Notes: generated by a model from the sequence alone, not told the origin. Positions 19,622 through 29,267 are shown, numbered from the stretch's first letter. The stretch is DNA of 64,000 bases from Eubacteriales bacterium (GCA_051867875.1 JBJDZG010000001.1:17284-81283), one strand, 5' to 3'. A program made the numbers and translations.

Positions 19622-19984
19622 ATGAGTTTATACGAATCGGGCGAGATGTACCTCGAAAGTATTTTGGTGCTCACACAGGACGGAAAAAACGTCAGAGCCA
19701 TTGACGTCTGCGACTTTATGGGATATTCCAAGCCGAGCGTCAGCCGTGCCCTCGGAATACTTAAAAAGAACGGATATCTTCTTGTCGATAAAAGCGGATA
19801 TTTGACCCTTACAGACGAGGGCAGGGCTGTTGCTGAAAAGATTTACGAGAGGCACAGAATCTTGACAGAAGTGCTCGTAAAGATAGGAGTAGACCCCGAA
19901 ATAGCAAGCGATGATGCCTGCAAAATTGAACATCATATAAGCGACGAGTCCTTCGAGGCTATAAAAAAATATCTTTCAAAATAA
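19622..19984 (+). CDS. DtxR/MntR-family metal-dependent transcriptional regulator (short, 120 aa)
   Basis: Winged-HTH plus dimerisation/metal region (SGEMYLESI...YERHRIL...KIEHHIS) collinear with MntR; no SH3-like domain. Confidence 0.8.
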   Translation: MSLYESGEMYLESILVLTQDGKNVRAIDVCDFMGYSKPSVSRALGILKKNGYLLVDKSGYLTLTDEGRAVAEKIYERHRILTEVLVKIGVDPEIASDDACKIEHHISDESFEAIKKYLSK

Positions 19985-19986
19985 AT

Positions 19987-20020
19987 AAACGGAGATGCGC
20001 CGCATCTCCGTTTCTTTTTT
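19987..20020. terminator. Bidirectional rho-independent terminator (regulator gene / aminotransferase gene)
   Basis: Stem aaacggagatgc/gcatctccgttt flanked by A-rich sequence on one side and T-rich sequence on the other. Confidence 0.8.
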
Positions 20021-20023
20021 ACT

Positions 20024-21211
20024 TTATTTAACCTTACCCTGTTTTATATCTTCAATAAAACGCTCCATGCGGTCAAGTCCTTCGACTATGTGATTTACCG
20101 AGTAAGCGTAGGAAATTCTCGCAAAGCCGTCGCCGCATTTGCCGAACGCTTCGCCGGGAACTATCGCTACGTGATATCTTGCCAAAAGCTCGGTGCAGAA
20201 TTTCTCGCCCGAAATACCGAACTGAGAAATCTTCGGGAAAATATAGAATGCGCCCTTGGGCTCAAAGGATTCAATGCCCATGGAGAGCAGTTTTTCGTAA
20301 ATTATCTTTCTGCGCTTGTCGTATTCAGCCGTCATATAAGCGATATCCTCGTCGCCGTTTTTGAGAGCGGAAATACCCGCAAACTGCGAGATGATGGGAG
20401 AGCACATTATCTCATACTGATGAAGCTTAAGCATTTGTTCAGCAATAGGAGCGGGCGCGCAAAGCCAGCCGAGCCGCCAACCCGTCATCGCGTAAGCCTT
20501 TGAAAAGCCGTTTACTATCACGGTTCTCTCACGCATACCGTCGAGATTGGCTATCGAGCAGTGCTTCGAGCCGTACGTCATCTCCGCGTAAATCTCGTCG
20601 GAGAGTACGATTATGTTCGTGTCCCTGAGGATTTTAGCTATTTCTTCAAGGTCATTTTTAGTCATAATTGCACCTGTGGGATTGTTCGGGTAAGAGAGAA
20701 CAATCATCTTAGTGCGCGCAGTGATAAGGGACTTTAGTTTTTCGGGCTTAATTTTGAACTCGTCCTCAAAGCTCGTTTCAAGAATTACGGGGGTTGCGCC
20801 CGCCATTCTTGCAAGGGGCTCGTAGGACACGAACGAAGGCGTGGGAATAATGACCTCATCGCCTGTGTCAATAGTTGCACGCATGGCAAGGTCAATGGCT
20901 TCCGAACCGCCGACGGTTACTATAATCTCACTTGCCGGGTCGTAAGAGAGTGAGAATTTTCTCGTCATATATCTGTCAATTTCGCGCCTTAACTCTTCAA
21001 GTCCTGCGTTTGCAGTATAGAAGGTTTTGCCCGTTTCAAGACTTTGAATACCGGCCTCGCGGATGTGCCAAGGTGTAACAAAGTCGGGCTGACCGACAGT
21101 TAAGGAGATAACGTCCTTCATATCGGGCGTTACCATATCAAAAAATTTTCTGATACCCGATTTTGAAATGTTGACTACCTTTTCGGGCAGAACTTTACCG
21201 TAATCTATCAT
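20024..21211 (-). CDS. Class I/II PLP-dependent aminotransferase (AlaT/YugH-like)
   Basis: 395 aa with the PLP-lysine context NGFSKAYAMTGWRLG; overlaps the upstream AsnC-type regulator gene by ATGA, as in the B. subtilis alaR-alaT arrangement. Confidence 0.9.
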   Translation of the reverse strand: MIDYGKVLPEKVVNISKSGIRKFFDMVTPDMKDVISLTVGQPDFVTPWHIREAGIQSLETGKTFYTANAGLEELRREIDRYMTRKFSLSYDPASEIIVTVGGSEAIDLAMRATIDTGDEVIIPTPSFVSYEPLARMAGATPVILETSFEDEFKIKPEKLKSLITARTKMIVLSYPNNPTGAIMTKNDLEEIAKILRDTNIIVLSDEIYAEMTYGSKHCSIANLDGMRERTVIVNGFSKAYAMTGWRLGWLCAPAPIAEQMLKLHQYEIMCSPIISQFAGISALKNGDEDIAYMTAEYDKRRKIIYEKLLSMGIESFEPKGAFYIFPKISQFGISGEKFCTELLARYHVAIVPGEAFGKCGDGFARISYAYSVNHIVEGLDRMERFIEDIKQGKVK

Positions 21212-21693
21212 TCTCCGAAAATCTCTCTTTCATCGACATCGGGCTTTGAACCGTAAATTACGCCCTTGTCCTTGTATCTGCGAAGAACGAAGTTAGTAGA
21301 CGTAGAGGTGATGTGTGATATGGGTGAGAGCTTTTCAGCGACGAAAAGCGCAACCTCGCGGAGCGTTTTTCCCTCAATGATAATGGCAAAATCAAAACCG
21401 CCCGAAATGAGATAGAGGCTTTCAACCTCGGGATAGTTGTAGATTTTCTCCGCAATTCTGTCAAATCCTCTCTCGGGCTGGGGAGTGGTCTTGACCTCAA
21501 TTATCGCCGTAACATATTCGCGGGAAGTTTTGTCCCAGTCGATGAGCGTCTTGTAACCGAGGATAACACCCTCTTTTTCGTATTCGAGTATCATTTTCTT
21601 TATATCCCCAACCTCCTTTTCGAGCATCAACGAGAGCTGTTCGGGGGTTAGAGTAGCGTCATTTTCAAGCAATCTGAGAAGTTTGTTTTCCAT
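21208..21693 (-). CDS. Lrp/AsnC-family transcriptional regulator (AlaR-like)
   Basis: 161 aa with an N-terminal HTH and a C-terminal AsnC/RAM-type domain; translationally coupled to the aminotransferase. Confidence 0.88.
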   Translation of the reverse strand: MENKLLRLLENDATLTPEQLSLMLEKEVGDIKKMILEYEKEGVILGYKTLIDWDKTSREYVTAIIEVKTTPQPERGFDRIAEKIYNYPEVESLYLISGGFDFAIIIEGKTLREVALFVAEKLSPISHITSTSTNFVLRRYKDKGVIYGSKPDVDEREIFGE

Positions 21694-21769
21694 ATTCGTT
21701 CTCCTTAAATCAAGATAGCCTAATTATAGCACAAAAGAAGTAATTCGTAAAGAGTTTTGAAACTTTTTC

Positions 21770-21798
21770 TTGAAACTTTATTAAAAGTATGGTATCAT
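21770..21798 (+). promoter_or_regulatory. Candidate sigma-A promoter for the UxaC-like gene
   Basis: TTGAAA, 17-nt spacer, TATCAT. Confidence 0.4.
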
Positions 21799-21827
21799 AA
21801 TATAAAACACGGAAAGGGGTGAGCAAA

Positions 21828-23006
21828 ATGAGCGGAAATTATCTTTTGCACAGTGAAATTGCGGAAAAATTGTACTTTGATTGCGTAAAGAATATACCCA
21901 CGGTAGATTTTTGCTCTCAAATTTCCGCACCGTACTTAAAAGAGAACAAAGTTTATAATAATATCGCCGAAGCGTGGCTGATAAACGACTCCGAAAAACT
22001 CTCGGCTATGAGAAAGTGCGGAGTAGAGGAGAAATACACCGTCGGCAACTCCTCGGATTATGAAAAATTCAAGGAATTTTCCCGAATACTTCCGAGATTT
22101 GCAGGACACCCGCTGTATTTGCTCTCGCATATCGAACTCAGAACGTTCTTTGACTGCGAGCTGTTCATAAATGAGAAGAACTGTGATGCTATATGGTGCG
22201 CGGCAAATGAGTATATCGCTCAAAATGCGCTCACACCGCGCAAATGCCTTGAAAAAGCAAATGTCGCTATGCTTTTTCGCCCTGCGGAAGCTTCCGAGTC
22301 GCTTTGTGGCTTGGGAGAAGATATAAATCCTGTTTTCAAGGCTTCGGGACTTTTCCGTGTTGAAAGCGCGTCTTTTATTAACGAAATCAACGAACTTGCA
22401 AAGTGTTCAGGTGTAAAGATAGAGGACCTTTCTTCTCTTGAAAGAGCACTTGAAAAGCGCATCTGCGATTTTTCGCAGCACGGTTGTACCTTGGCTGTAT
22501 TTGAAGCCTATGAACTCGAATATTTTGTAAAACCAAATCAATACGAGGCAAATCAGGCGTTTGTCAAAGTACTGAGGGGCGAAGCGCTCAGCGAGAGAGA
22601 AATGTCCGTATATAAATCCCAGCTCGTGCGTATTCTCGCTATGCTCTATAAAAAGTCAGGCTTTGGCACACTTGTCCATTCTGCTCCCGACAAAGCAGAG
22701 GAGGCACTGTCCTATCTTAAAGCAAACGGGATTTGCCCAAAATACGCCTTTTGTGCCCGTTTTGAACTTGGTGAAACAGATGAACACCTTGAAACAAAAA
22801 TACGTTTATACGCAAAAAATGAGCCTCTGGGCAACGCAATTTGCTTTGCAGAGGGTGTAAACTTGGCGAAACACGACTATTTTAAGAGAGTGCTTTGCGA
22901 TATCTTCGCGCGAATGACAGAAAACGGAGAATTTGAAAATAACCTGTCCCTTGCCGCGAAAATAATTGAAAAAATGTTGTATTCAAATATAAAGGAGCTT
23001 TTATGA
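21828..23006 (+). CDS. Uronate (glucuronate) isomerase-like protein, catalytic motifs degenerate (392 aa)
   Basis: N-terminal about 110 aa and the C-terminal KHDYFKRVLCDIFARMTENGE are collinear with UxaC as I remember it. However, HxH (DYHCHL) reads DFCSQI and DHYKWR reads NDSEKL. Start at ATG 21828 with AGGGG 8 nt upstream. Confidence 0.6.
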   Translation: MSGNYLLHSEIAEKLYFDCVKNIPTVDFCSQISAPYLKENKVYNNIAEAWLINDSEKLSAMRKCGVEEKYTVGNSSDYEKFKEFSRILPRFAGHPLYLLSHIELRTFFDCELFINEKNCDAIWCAANEYIAQNALTPRKCLEKANVAMLFRPAEASESLCGLGEDINPVFKASGLFRVESASFINEINELAKCSGVKIEDLSSLERALEKRICDFSQHGCTLAVFEAYELEYFVKPNQYEANQAFVKVLRGEALSEREMSVYKSQLVRILAMLYKKSGFGTLVHSAPDKAEEALSYLKANGICPKYAFCARFELGETDEHLETKIRLYAKNEPLGNAICFAEGVNLAKHDYFKRVLCDIFARMTENGEFENNLSLAAKIIEKMLYSNIKELL

Positions 23007-23057
23007 GTATTATAAATATTTTCTCCTTATTTGATATTTTTCATATTATATAAAAAA

Positions 23058-23081
23058 GCCCGCGAGTTTTAACTCGCGGGC
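23058..23081. terminator. Bidirectional rho-independent terminator (UxaC-like gene / hydrolase gene)
   Basis: 10-bp stem gcccgcgagt/actcgcgggc, loop ttta, A-run upstream and T-rich tail downstream. Confidence 0.8.
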
Positions 23082-23087
23082 AATATT

Positions 23088-24005
23088 TTATTTTTCTATA
23101 AATTTAAGTATATCCGAGGTAGCTTCCTCCCTCGCACTGTCGTTGAGAATTTCGTGACGGTTGTTTGGATAGAGCTTGGCAGTAACGTCAGCACCGTTTT
23201 CTTTAAGCTTCTTTTCAATCGCGCGAATACCTTTTCCGAAATCGCCTACGGGGTCGTCTTCGCCCGATAGGAGCAATATCGGCATCTTTTTTGCAACGTC
23301 CTTAAACCAAGCGTCCTTGTTGCAGGCGCGGTTGATGGATATGAGGTCGTGCAGAGCGGAAACGGTGAATTTGAAAGTGCAGAATTTATCCGCAGCATAT
23401 ATTTCGCGCACTGATTTGTCTTTTGTCAACCAGGAGAGAGCGTCGTTTTCGCTTTTGAACTTATCGTTGTATGAGCCGAAGGCAAGGGATTCAAGAAGGG
23501 GAGAGTGATAACGCTCGCCCTTGAATAAACGTACGGTTTTGCACGCGAAAATACCAATACCCGCCACGTGATTAGGACCGCCCGTACCCATTATTATAAG
23601 CTTTTTCGGCGTTATGTATTTCTGGACAGCCATTCTTACTATAAAGGAGCCCATGCTGTGTCCCATGAGATAGTACGGGTGCTCACCGTATTCCGAGATA
23701 ACGGCGTCCGCAAATTGCTTTACATCACGGGCGAGAAAATCGTCGCCGTCACGCGAAGCGATAAAACCGAGCTCACTGTCGTCTTTCGCTGTATGACCGT
23801 GTCCGAGGTTGTCGTAACCGAAAGTAAGATAACCCTCTTTTGCGAGCGTGCTCATAAAGCAGTCGTATCTTCTGATATGCTCCGTCATTCCGTGAACGAC
23901 GTGGAAGTAGCCCCTTATCTCCCCGTCGGGAATGTATACCTTTCCGGCGAGTGCGTGCACGCCGTCGGAGGACGTAACCTTCTTATCAATAACCTTGTAA
24001 TTCAT
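23088..24005 (-). CDS. Alpha/beta hydrolase (lysophospholipase / monoacylglycerol-lipase-like)
   Basis: 305 aa from ATG 24005 (GGAGCAG upstream), with the nucleophile elbow GHSMGS and an HGMTEH-type N-terminal motif; 10 nt downstream of glpK. Confidence 0.85.
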   Translation of the reverse strand: MNYKVIDKKVTSSDGVHALAGKVYIPDGEIRGYFHVVHGMTEHIRRYDCFMSTLAKEGYLTFGYDNLGHGHTAKDDSELGFIASRDGDDFLARDVKQFADAVISEYGEHPYYLMGHSMGSFIVRMAVQKYITPKKLIIMGTGGPNHVAGIGIFACKTVRLFKGERYHSPLLESLAFGSYNDKFKSENDALSWLTKDKSVREIYAADKFCTFKFTVSALHDLISINRACNKDAWFKDVAKKMPILLLSGEDDPVGDFGKGIRAIEKKLKENGADVTAKLYPNNRHEILNDSAREEATSDILKFIEK

Positions 24006-24015
24006 AACTGCTCCT

Positions 24016-25497
24016 TCAGAATTTTTGGCAAGCGCCGATTGCCTTTGACCAACCGTCAAGAAGCTCGCGGCGTCTTGCTTCATCTATTGCGGGTAAGAAT
24101 GAATCCTTGCCCGTGATTATCGTTTTAAGCTCCTCTCTGTCCTTGAAGAAACCAACAGCAAGACCTGCGAGAAATGCAGCGCCTTGAGCGGTGGCTTCCG
24201 TCAGCTCCGGACGGATTACCTCAACATTTGAAATATCGCTCTGGAATTGCATAAGGAAATTGTTGGCAGACGCACCGCCGTCAACCTTGAGAGAGCTTAG
24301 ATGGCGTCCTGTGTCGGCTTCCATAGCGGAGATGACGTCCTCGGACTGATAAGCTATGGATTCAAGAGAAGCGCGGATAATATGATTCATATTTGAGCCC
24401 CTCGTAAGACCCGTAATAATTCCTCTTGCGTGCATATCCCAATGAGGAGCGCCAAGGCCTGCGAAAGCGGGGACGAGATAAACTCCGCCGCTGTCCCTGA
24501 CCTTGCGCGCAAAATATTCGCTGTCCTTCGATTCGTGAATTACTTTGAGCTCGTCGCGCAGCCACTGAATGACCGCACCGCCGACGAATACCGAGCCTTC
24601 AAGTGCGTATTCCGTCGGTCTGCCTTTTTCCGTTGCGGCAACGGTGGTAATAAGACCGTGCTTTGAACTGATTCTTCGGTTGCCCGTGTGAGCGAGAAGG
24701 AAGCAACCCGTTCCATAGGTGTTTTTAGCCTCTCCGTCGGCAAAACAGCACTGACCGAAAAGAGCCGCCTGCTGGTCGCCTGCAATTCCGCAAATCGGAA
24801 CCGAATTGCCCATAATATTTACGTATCCGTATATTTCACTGCTTGAACAGATGGTAGGGAGCATAGACTCGGGAATATCGAGTATTTCGAGAAGTTTTTT
24901 GTCCCAAACTCCGTTTTCAATGTCATAAAGCATCGTTCTTGAAGCATTCGTCGCGTCGGTTACGTGGATTTTGCCGTCGGTAAGCTTCCAAATGAGCCAG
25001 GTGTCAACCGTACCGAAAAGGAGCTCTCCGCGCTCTGCCATCTCGCGTGCGCCCTCAACATTGTCAAGTATCCATTTGATTTTAGTAGCACTGAAATATG
25101 CGTCAATGCGAAGACCGGTAGTCTTTTGTATGTAATCGGAATAACCCGCACGTATAAGAGAGTCGCAGATATCGGAAGTTCTTCTGCATTGCCAGACTAT
25201 CGCGTTGTATATGGGCTTGCCCGTGAGCTTGTTCCAGATGATTGTCGTTTCTCGCTGATTTGTGATACCGATTCCGGCTATTTCATCGCTTGAAATGCCG
25301 CTTTTTGCGATACATTCAGTAAGCGTTGCATACTGATTTGCGTATATTTCCATCGGGTCCTGCTCAACCCAACCGGGGTGAGGGTAGTATTGCGTAAATT
25401 CGTGCTGAGATGAAGAAACGATATTGCACTCGCGGTCAAATAAAATGCTCCTTGCGCTCGTCGTGCCCTCATCAAGAGCCAAAACGTATTTTTTCAT
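24016..25497 (-). CDS. glpK: Glycerol kinase
   Basis: 493 aa from ATG 25497 ([16 protein letters not shown]); full-length GlpK-like sequence; RBS AAGGACGGAG upstream. Confidence 0.96.
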   Translation of the reverse strand: MKKYVLALDEGTTSARSILFDRECNIVSSSQHEFTQYYPHPGWVEQDPMEIYANQYATLTECIAKSGISSDEIAGIGITNQRETTIIWNKLTGKPIYNAIVWQCRRTSDICDSLIRAGYSDYIQKTTGLRIDAYFSATKIKWILDNVEGAREMAERGELLFGTVDTWLIWKLTDGKIHVTDATNASRTMLYDIENGVWDKKLLEILDIPESMLPTICSSSEIYGYVNIMGNSVPICGIAGDQQAALFGQCCFADGEAKNTYGTGCFLLAHTGNRRISSKHGLITTVAATEKGRPTEYALEGSVFVGGAVIQWLRDELKVIHESKDSEYFARKVRDSGGVYLVPAFAGLGAPHWDMHARGIITGLTRGSNMNHIIRASLESIAYQSEDVISAMEADTGRHLSSLKVDGGASANNFLMQFQSDISNVEVIRPELTEATAQGAAFLAGLAVGFFKDREELKTIITGKDSFLPAIDEARRRELLDGWSKAIGACQKF

Positions 25498-25589
25498 AAA
25501 TGCTCCGTCCTTTCGCAAATGACATCTTGATATATAGATATTACCACAAAATTAACAATAATTCAATACTAAAAATCCTATTTTTTGTG

Positions 25590-25618
25590 TAATATTTGAT
25601 TTTTTTGATGAATATATT
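25590..25618 (+). promoter_or_regulatory. Candidate sigma-E-type (mother-cell) promoter for spoIIIA
   Basis: TAATATT (fits ZHATAXX), 14-nt spacer, AATATATT (5/8 match to CATACAHT); about 25 nt upstream of the spoIIIAA ATG. Weak -10, hence low confidence. Confidence 0.25.
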
Positions 25619-25642
25619 TTTAACAAAAGCGGAGGAAGTAAA

Positions 25643-26524
25643 ATGGACAAGATTTTATACGGAGTTTTGCCTCGCAGATTTCTCTCGGAGATAGAAGAAA
25701 TCGAAAACGAAAGCGGATTTATCGAGGAAATACGCATAAGACGTGGAAGACAGGCATACATAGTTATATCGGGAGAGAACAGACTGCTCAACCTTGTCGC
25801 GGAGGATTTTGAAATGCAAAATATTCTTCAATGCCTGTCCCGCGGTTCGCTCTACGCTTTCAGGGATACCATTATGAACGGATATATCTCGCTCGGCGAC
25901 GGCTTGCGCGTAGGGGTGATAGGGAGAGCAGGCATCGAGGCGGGCGATGTCGTCGGAATTTACGACGTGAGCGAATTTTCGTTCAGACTTCCGAATAGAA
26001 TTAAGATAAAATGCAGGGAACTGATAAACCTTATTATCGGGGCTGACAAGCTATCCTCTGTGCTTATATATTCACCGCCGGGGGTGGGGAAGACCACGCT
26101 CCTGCGAAATATCATAAAAGAGCTCTCTTCGGGCATACACGCCCTGCGTATCGGAGTAATTGACAGTCGGGGCGAGCTCGCTTTCGGGCTTGAACAAACG
26201 GACTTGCTTGTAAGTATACTTTCGCTTTATCCGAGAAAGCTCGGAATAGAGATAGCAGTAAGAACTATGAATGCACAGCTCATAGCCTGCGACGAGATAG
26301 GCGATGAGCGCGACGCATCTGCAATAATTGACGCGCAGGTCGCGGGAGTCCCGCTCGTAGCGACCGCTCACGGAAGCAGCTTAAAGGACATATTTTCCCA
26401 CACGGGTATAAGAAATCTTCACAGAGCGGGAATTTTTGATTATTACGTCGGAATAGAGCGGGGGGATGACCTTGATTTCATTTACACGGTAAATACAAGA
26501 GAGGAGGCTGACGCTTATACTTAA
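25643..26524 (+). CDS. spoIIIAA: Stage III sporulation protein AA (ATPase)
   Basis: 293 aa with Walker A SPPGVGKTTLLRN; first gene of an eight-gene spoIIIA-like operon. Confidence 0.92.
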   Translation: MDKILYGVLPRRFLSEIEEIENESGFIEEIRIRRGRQAYIVISGENRLLNLVAEDFEMQNILQCLSRGSLYAFRDTIMNGYISLGDGLRVGVIGRAGIEAGDVVGIYDVSEFSFRLPNRIKIKCRELINLIIGADKLSSVLIYSPPGVGKTTLLRNIIKELSSGIHALRIGVIDSRGELAFGLEQTDLLVSILSLYPRKLGIEIAVRTMNAQLIACDEIGDERDASAIIDAQVAGVPLVATAHGSSLKDIFSHTGIRNLHRAGIFDYYVGIERGDDLDFIYTVNTREEADAYT

Positions 26525-26540
26525 ACTTGTCGGAGGGTTT

Positions 26541-26993
26541 TTGATAGTGATATCGAGCCTTGTTTTTTATTACGATATTCAGACTTATCAAAAGAAAAAG
26601 CAGAAACAGCTCGGGGCATATATCACGCTCATCGGGCATATAAAAAATCAGGTGGAGTGCTATCTTTTGCCCATTGACGAAATACTTTTGTCCCTTGATA
26701 AAAAACTGCTCTTTGAATGTACGGATTCACCCGTAAAGCAGGTCAGAACGCTTGAAGAAATAATCTCCGCGTCAAATTTTTATATGGACGGAGAATGCAT
26801 CTCTCTTGTTGAAAAATTTGCAAACGAGTTCGGCACTGCTTACAGAGCGGAACAACTGCATTCTTGCGAGTATTATCTCTCGGAGCTCAAAGGACAAATG
26901 AGAAAGCTAAAAGAAAACAACGCAAAAGAGAGAAAAGTGCATCTTGCGCTCTGCCTCTGTGCATCACTGTCAATTGTGCTGTTGCTTATATAA
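26541..26993 (+). CDS. spoIIIAB: Stage III sporulation protein AB (start uncertain)
   Basis: Position and length fit SpoIIIAB. The frame is open from 26493, and the upstream in-frame peptide ILKLVGGFLIV resembles the B. subtilis N-terminus MLKLLGAVFIV, but no ATG/GTG/TTG is available before TTG 26541. Confidence 0.75.
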   Translation: MIVISSLVFYYDIQTYQKKKQKQLGAYITLIGHIKNQVECYLLPIDEILLSLDKKLLFECTDSPVKQVRTLEEIISASNFYMDGECISLVEKFANEFGTAYRAEQLHSCEYYLSELKGQMRKLKENNAKERKVHLALCLCASLSIVLLLI

Positions 26994-27016
26994 AGGATAA
27001 AAAGAAAGGAATCTTT

Positions 27017-27211
27017 ATGGAACTCGGACTTATACTTAAAATTGCGGGCGTGGGCTTTATAGTGTCCGTCGTCGCACAGATACTTAATAAATCGGGGCGC
27101 GACGAGCAGGGGCTGATGATTATAATCGCAGGGCTTATACTTGTATTTTTCATTCTCGTCGGAGAGATGGAAGACCTCTTCGACAGAATAAAGGACGTGT
27201 TTGAGCTTTGA
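27017..27211 (+). CDS. spoIIIAC: Stage III sporulation protein AC (64 aa)
   Basis: MELGLILKIAGVGFIVSVVAQILNKSGRDEQ... is a two-TM SpoIIIAC pattern; ATG 27017 is preceded by AAAGGA. Confidence 0.85.
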   Translation: MELGLILKIAGVGFIVSVVAQILNKSGRDEQGLMIIIAGLILVFFILVGEMEDLFDRIKDVFEL

Positions 27212-27597
27212 GTGACAGCGTAAAGATTTGTGCATTCGGAATAATATGCGCGGTGATATGCGTCTTTGTAAAGCACTACCGAGAGGAATTTCTCATTCCG
27301 TCAAGACTCGCTGCCGTTGTCGCCGTTTTCGGAGCAATAATGCTGATGCTCTCACCGCTTCTGAGGTATTTGCGAAATATTATGGGACAAGCACTGCCCC
27401 TTGAATATATGGAGCTCGTCTTAAAGGCACTCGCTATTGCTTATATGACGCAGATATCGAGCGAGCTATGCCGCGACTGCGGGGAGGGAAATATAGCGTC
27501 GTGTATTGATACAGTCGGAAAAATCGAAATAATTCTTATCAGCCTGCCGTTGCTTGAAGAAATAATCGAAATGTCAAAGGAGCTGATGGTATGGTAA
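27208..27597 (+). CDS. spoIIIAD: Stage III sporulation protein AD
   Basis: 129-aa polytopic membrane protein; TTG start overlaps the spoIIIAC stop; SpoIIIAD-like (…AYMTQISSELCRDCGEG…). Confidence 0.85.
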   Translation: MSDSVKICAFGIICAVICVFVKHYREEFLIPSRLAAVVAVFGAIMLMLSPLLRYLRNIMGQALPLEYMELVLKALAIAYMTQISSELCRDCGEGNIASCIDTVGKIEIILISLPLLEEIIEMSKELMVW

Positions 27598-28727
27598 AAA
27601 AACTGCTTGTTCTTGCATTGACTCTGATATTGATTGGCGTCAGTCCTATGGGCGTTAGCGCAGAGGAAGAAGATACCCTGCCCGATGAATACGAGGATTT
27701 CACGGACGGAATACCGTCAGATATTGCCGACCTTTTGCCAGACGGAATTTTCTCGGACAGGACGGACGACGTAATAGGTGCGGTAGAGGAACTTACTTCG
27801 TGGGAATACATACTGAATACGGTTTTAGATATCCTCGGCGTAAGTATAAGAGCGGTGGTAAGGGCACTTGCAAGCATTACTGCCTTGCTCGTCATTTGCT
27901 CACTTCTTAATATGTTCAAAAAAAGTATTCAAAACGAGGCACTTGACAACGTTCTCTCACTGATAAGCGGAGCGGTGATGGCGGCGTCCGTTCTGGAAAT
28001 ATCGAGAGCGCCCATTGAAAGGGCTATGGAGTCTTTTGAACAAATGAAAATCTTTGTGAACACAATGTCGCCGCTCATCTGCTCAATGTACGCCATGGGT
28101 GGAAATATATCAAGTGCCATCGTGCACAATTACGGGCTCATCGTATTCTTATCAATACTTGAAAACGTGTGTATACTTTCGCTTCAGCTTATAATAGGCG
28201 TCTGTATGGCGCTTATAATTGCATCGTCGTTTATGCACGACAATAGTCTGATAGGGCTGAACAACGCGATAAAAAAGACGTTCACCTTTTTCGTGGGATT
28301 TATAATGCTTATCTTTACGAGCGTAATATCAACTCAAAGCCTGCTTGCGAGCAAAGCGGATACCCTATCCTCGAAAACGGCAAAGCTCCTCGCAAGTCAG
28401 ATGATACCGCTCGTCGGCTCAACTCTCGGCGAATCGTTACGCACAGCGGGGGCGAGCATTGAATATCTTCGCACAAATATCGGAATAGTGATAATTATAA
28501 TCCTTGTTTTGATGATACTGCCAACGCTTTTGTCGGTGGGGCTGTACAGACTCGTTTTCGTACTCGCAAACGGAATTGCGGGCTTGCTCGGCTGTGAGCG
28601 AGAGGGAAAGCTCGTGCTTGAAATTTCAAGCCTTTACGGCTACGTTCTCGCCATTTTTGCAATATGCTCGGTGATACTTCTGTTTCTCGTGACGGTATTT
28701 GCTAAATGTGCTTCTCCCTTGTCGTGA
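27591..28727 (+). CDS. spoIIIAE: Stage III sporulation protein AE
   Basis: 378 aa with a signal peptide and multiple TM segments; overlaps the spoIIIAD stop; order and size fit SpoIIIAE. Confidence 0.9.
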   Translation: MVKKLLVLALTLILIGVSPMGVSAEEEDTLPDEYEDFTDGIPSDIADLLPDGIFSDRTDDVIGAVEELTSWEYILNTVLDILGVSIRAVVRALASITALLVICSLLNMFKKSIQNEALDNVLSLISGAVMAASVLEISRAPIERAMESFEQMKIFVNTMSPLICSMYAMGGNISSAIVHNYGLIVFLSILENVCILSLQLIIGVCMALIIASSFMHDNSLIGLNNAIKKTFTFFVGFIMLIFTSVISTQSLLASKADTLSSKTAKLLASQMIPLVGSTLGESLRTAGASIEYLRTNIGIVIIIILVLMILPTLLSVGLYRLVFVLANGIAGLLGCEREGKLVLEISSLYGYVLAIFAICSVILLFLVTVFAKCASPLS

Positions 28728-28736
28728 GGTGATAAT

Positions 28737-29267
28737 ATGAGAGATTATTTGTTGGGAGTAGTTATCGTGTCAATGATTATGGGCGTTTTCGAGATAATCG
28801 CACCAAAGCACAGGGGAATAGAGAAATACACTAAAACCATCGGCTTGCTATGTATTCTCTGCGTTGCAGCAGCCCCGTTCAAGGAAATCCTCGGCAATAT
28901 AAACGATAACTTTTTCGGCTCGCTTAAAGACGAAATACTTGACGGAGCGGAAGACAATAGGGACGGCTATAACGATATTCTGAACGAATATCTGAACGAT
29001 TTTTCGCAAAACGAATTTATTTCACAGATAAAAGAGATATTAAACGAACAATTCGCTATTCCCGCCGACGAGTGCGAAATAGATATTACAACTTCGACGG
29101 AATCGGGTAACTTAAAAGTAGATAGTATGCAAATATTGCTCAACGGTCGGTCGGTATTCAAAAATCCGTACACTATTGAGGAATATTTCAATAAATTGCT
29201 TGACTGCGAATGTCAGGTATTAATAAATAAAATAGGAGGTTTTAGTGGAAAAAGAAAGGAAAAATAA
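28737..29267 (+). CDS. spoIIIAF: Stage III sporulation protein AF
   Basis: 176 aa with two N-terminal TM helices and the IEKYTKTI motif (compare B. subtilis MQKYAKMV). Confidence 0.75.
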   Translation: MRDYLLGVVIVSMIMGVFEIIAPKHRGIEKYTKTIGLLCILCVAAAPFKEILGNINDNFFGSLKDEILDGAEDNRDGYNDILNEYLNDFSQNEFISQIKEILNEQFAIPADECEIDITTSTESGNLKVDSMQILLNGRSVFKNPYTIEEYFNKLLDCECQVLINKIGGFSGKRKEK

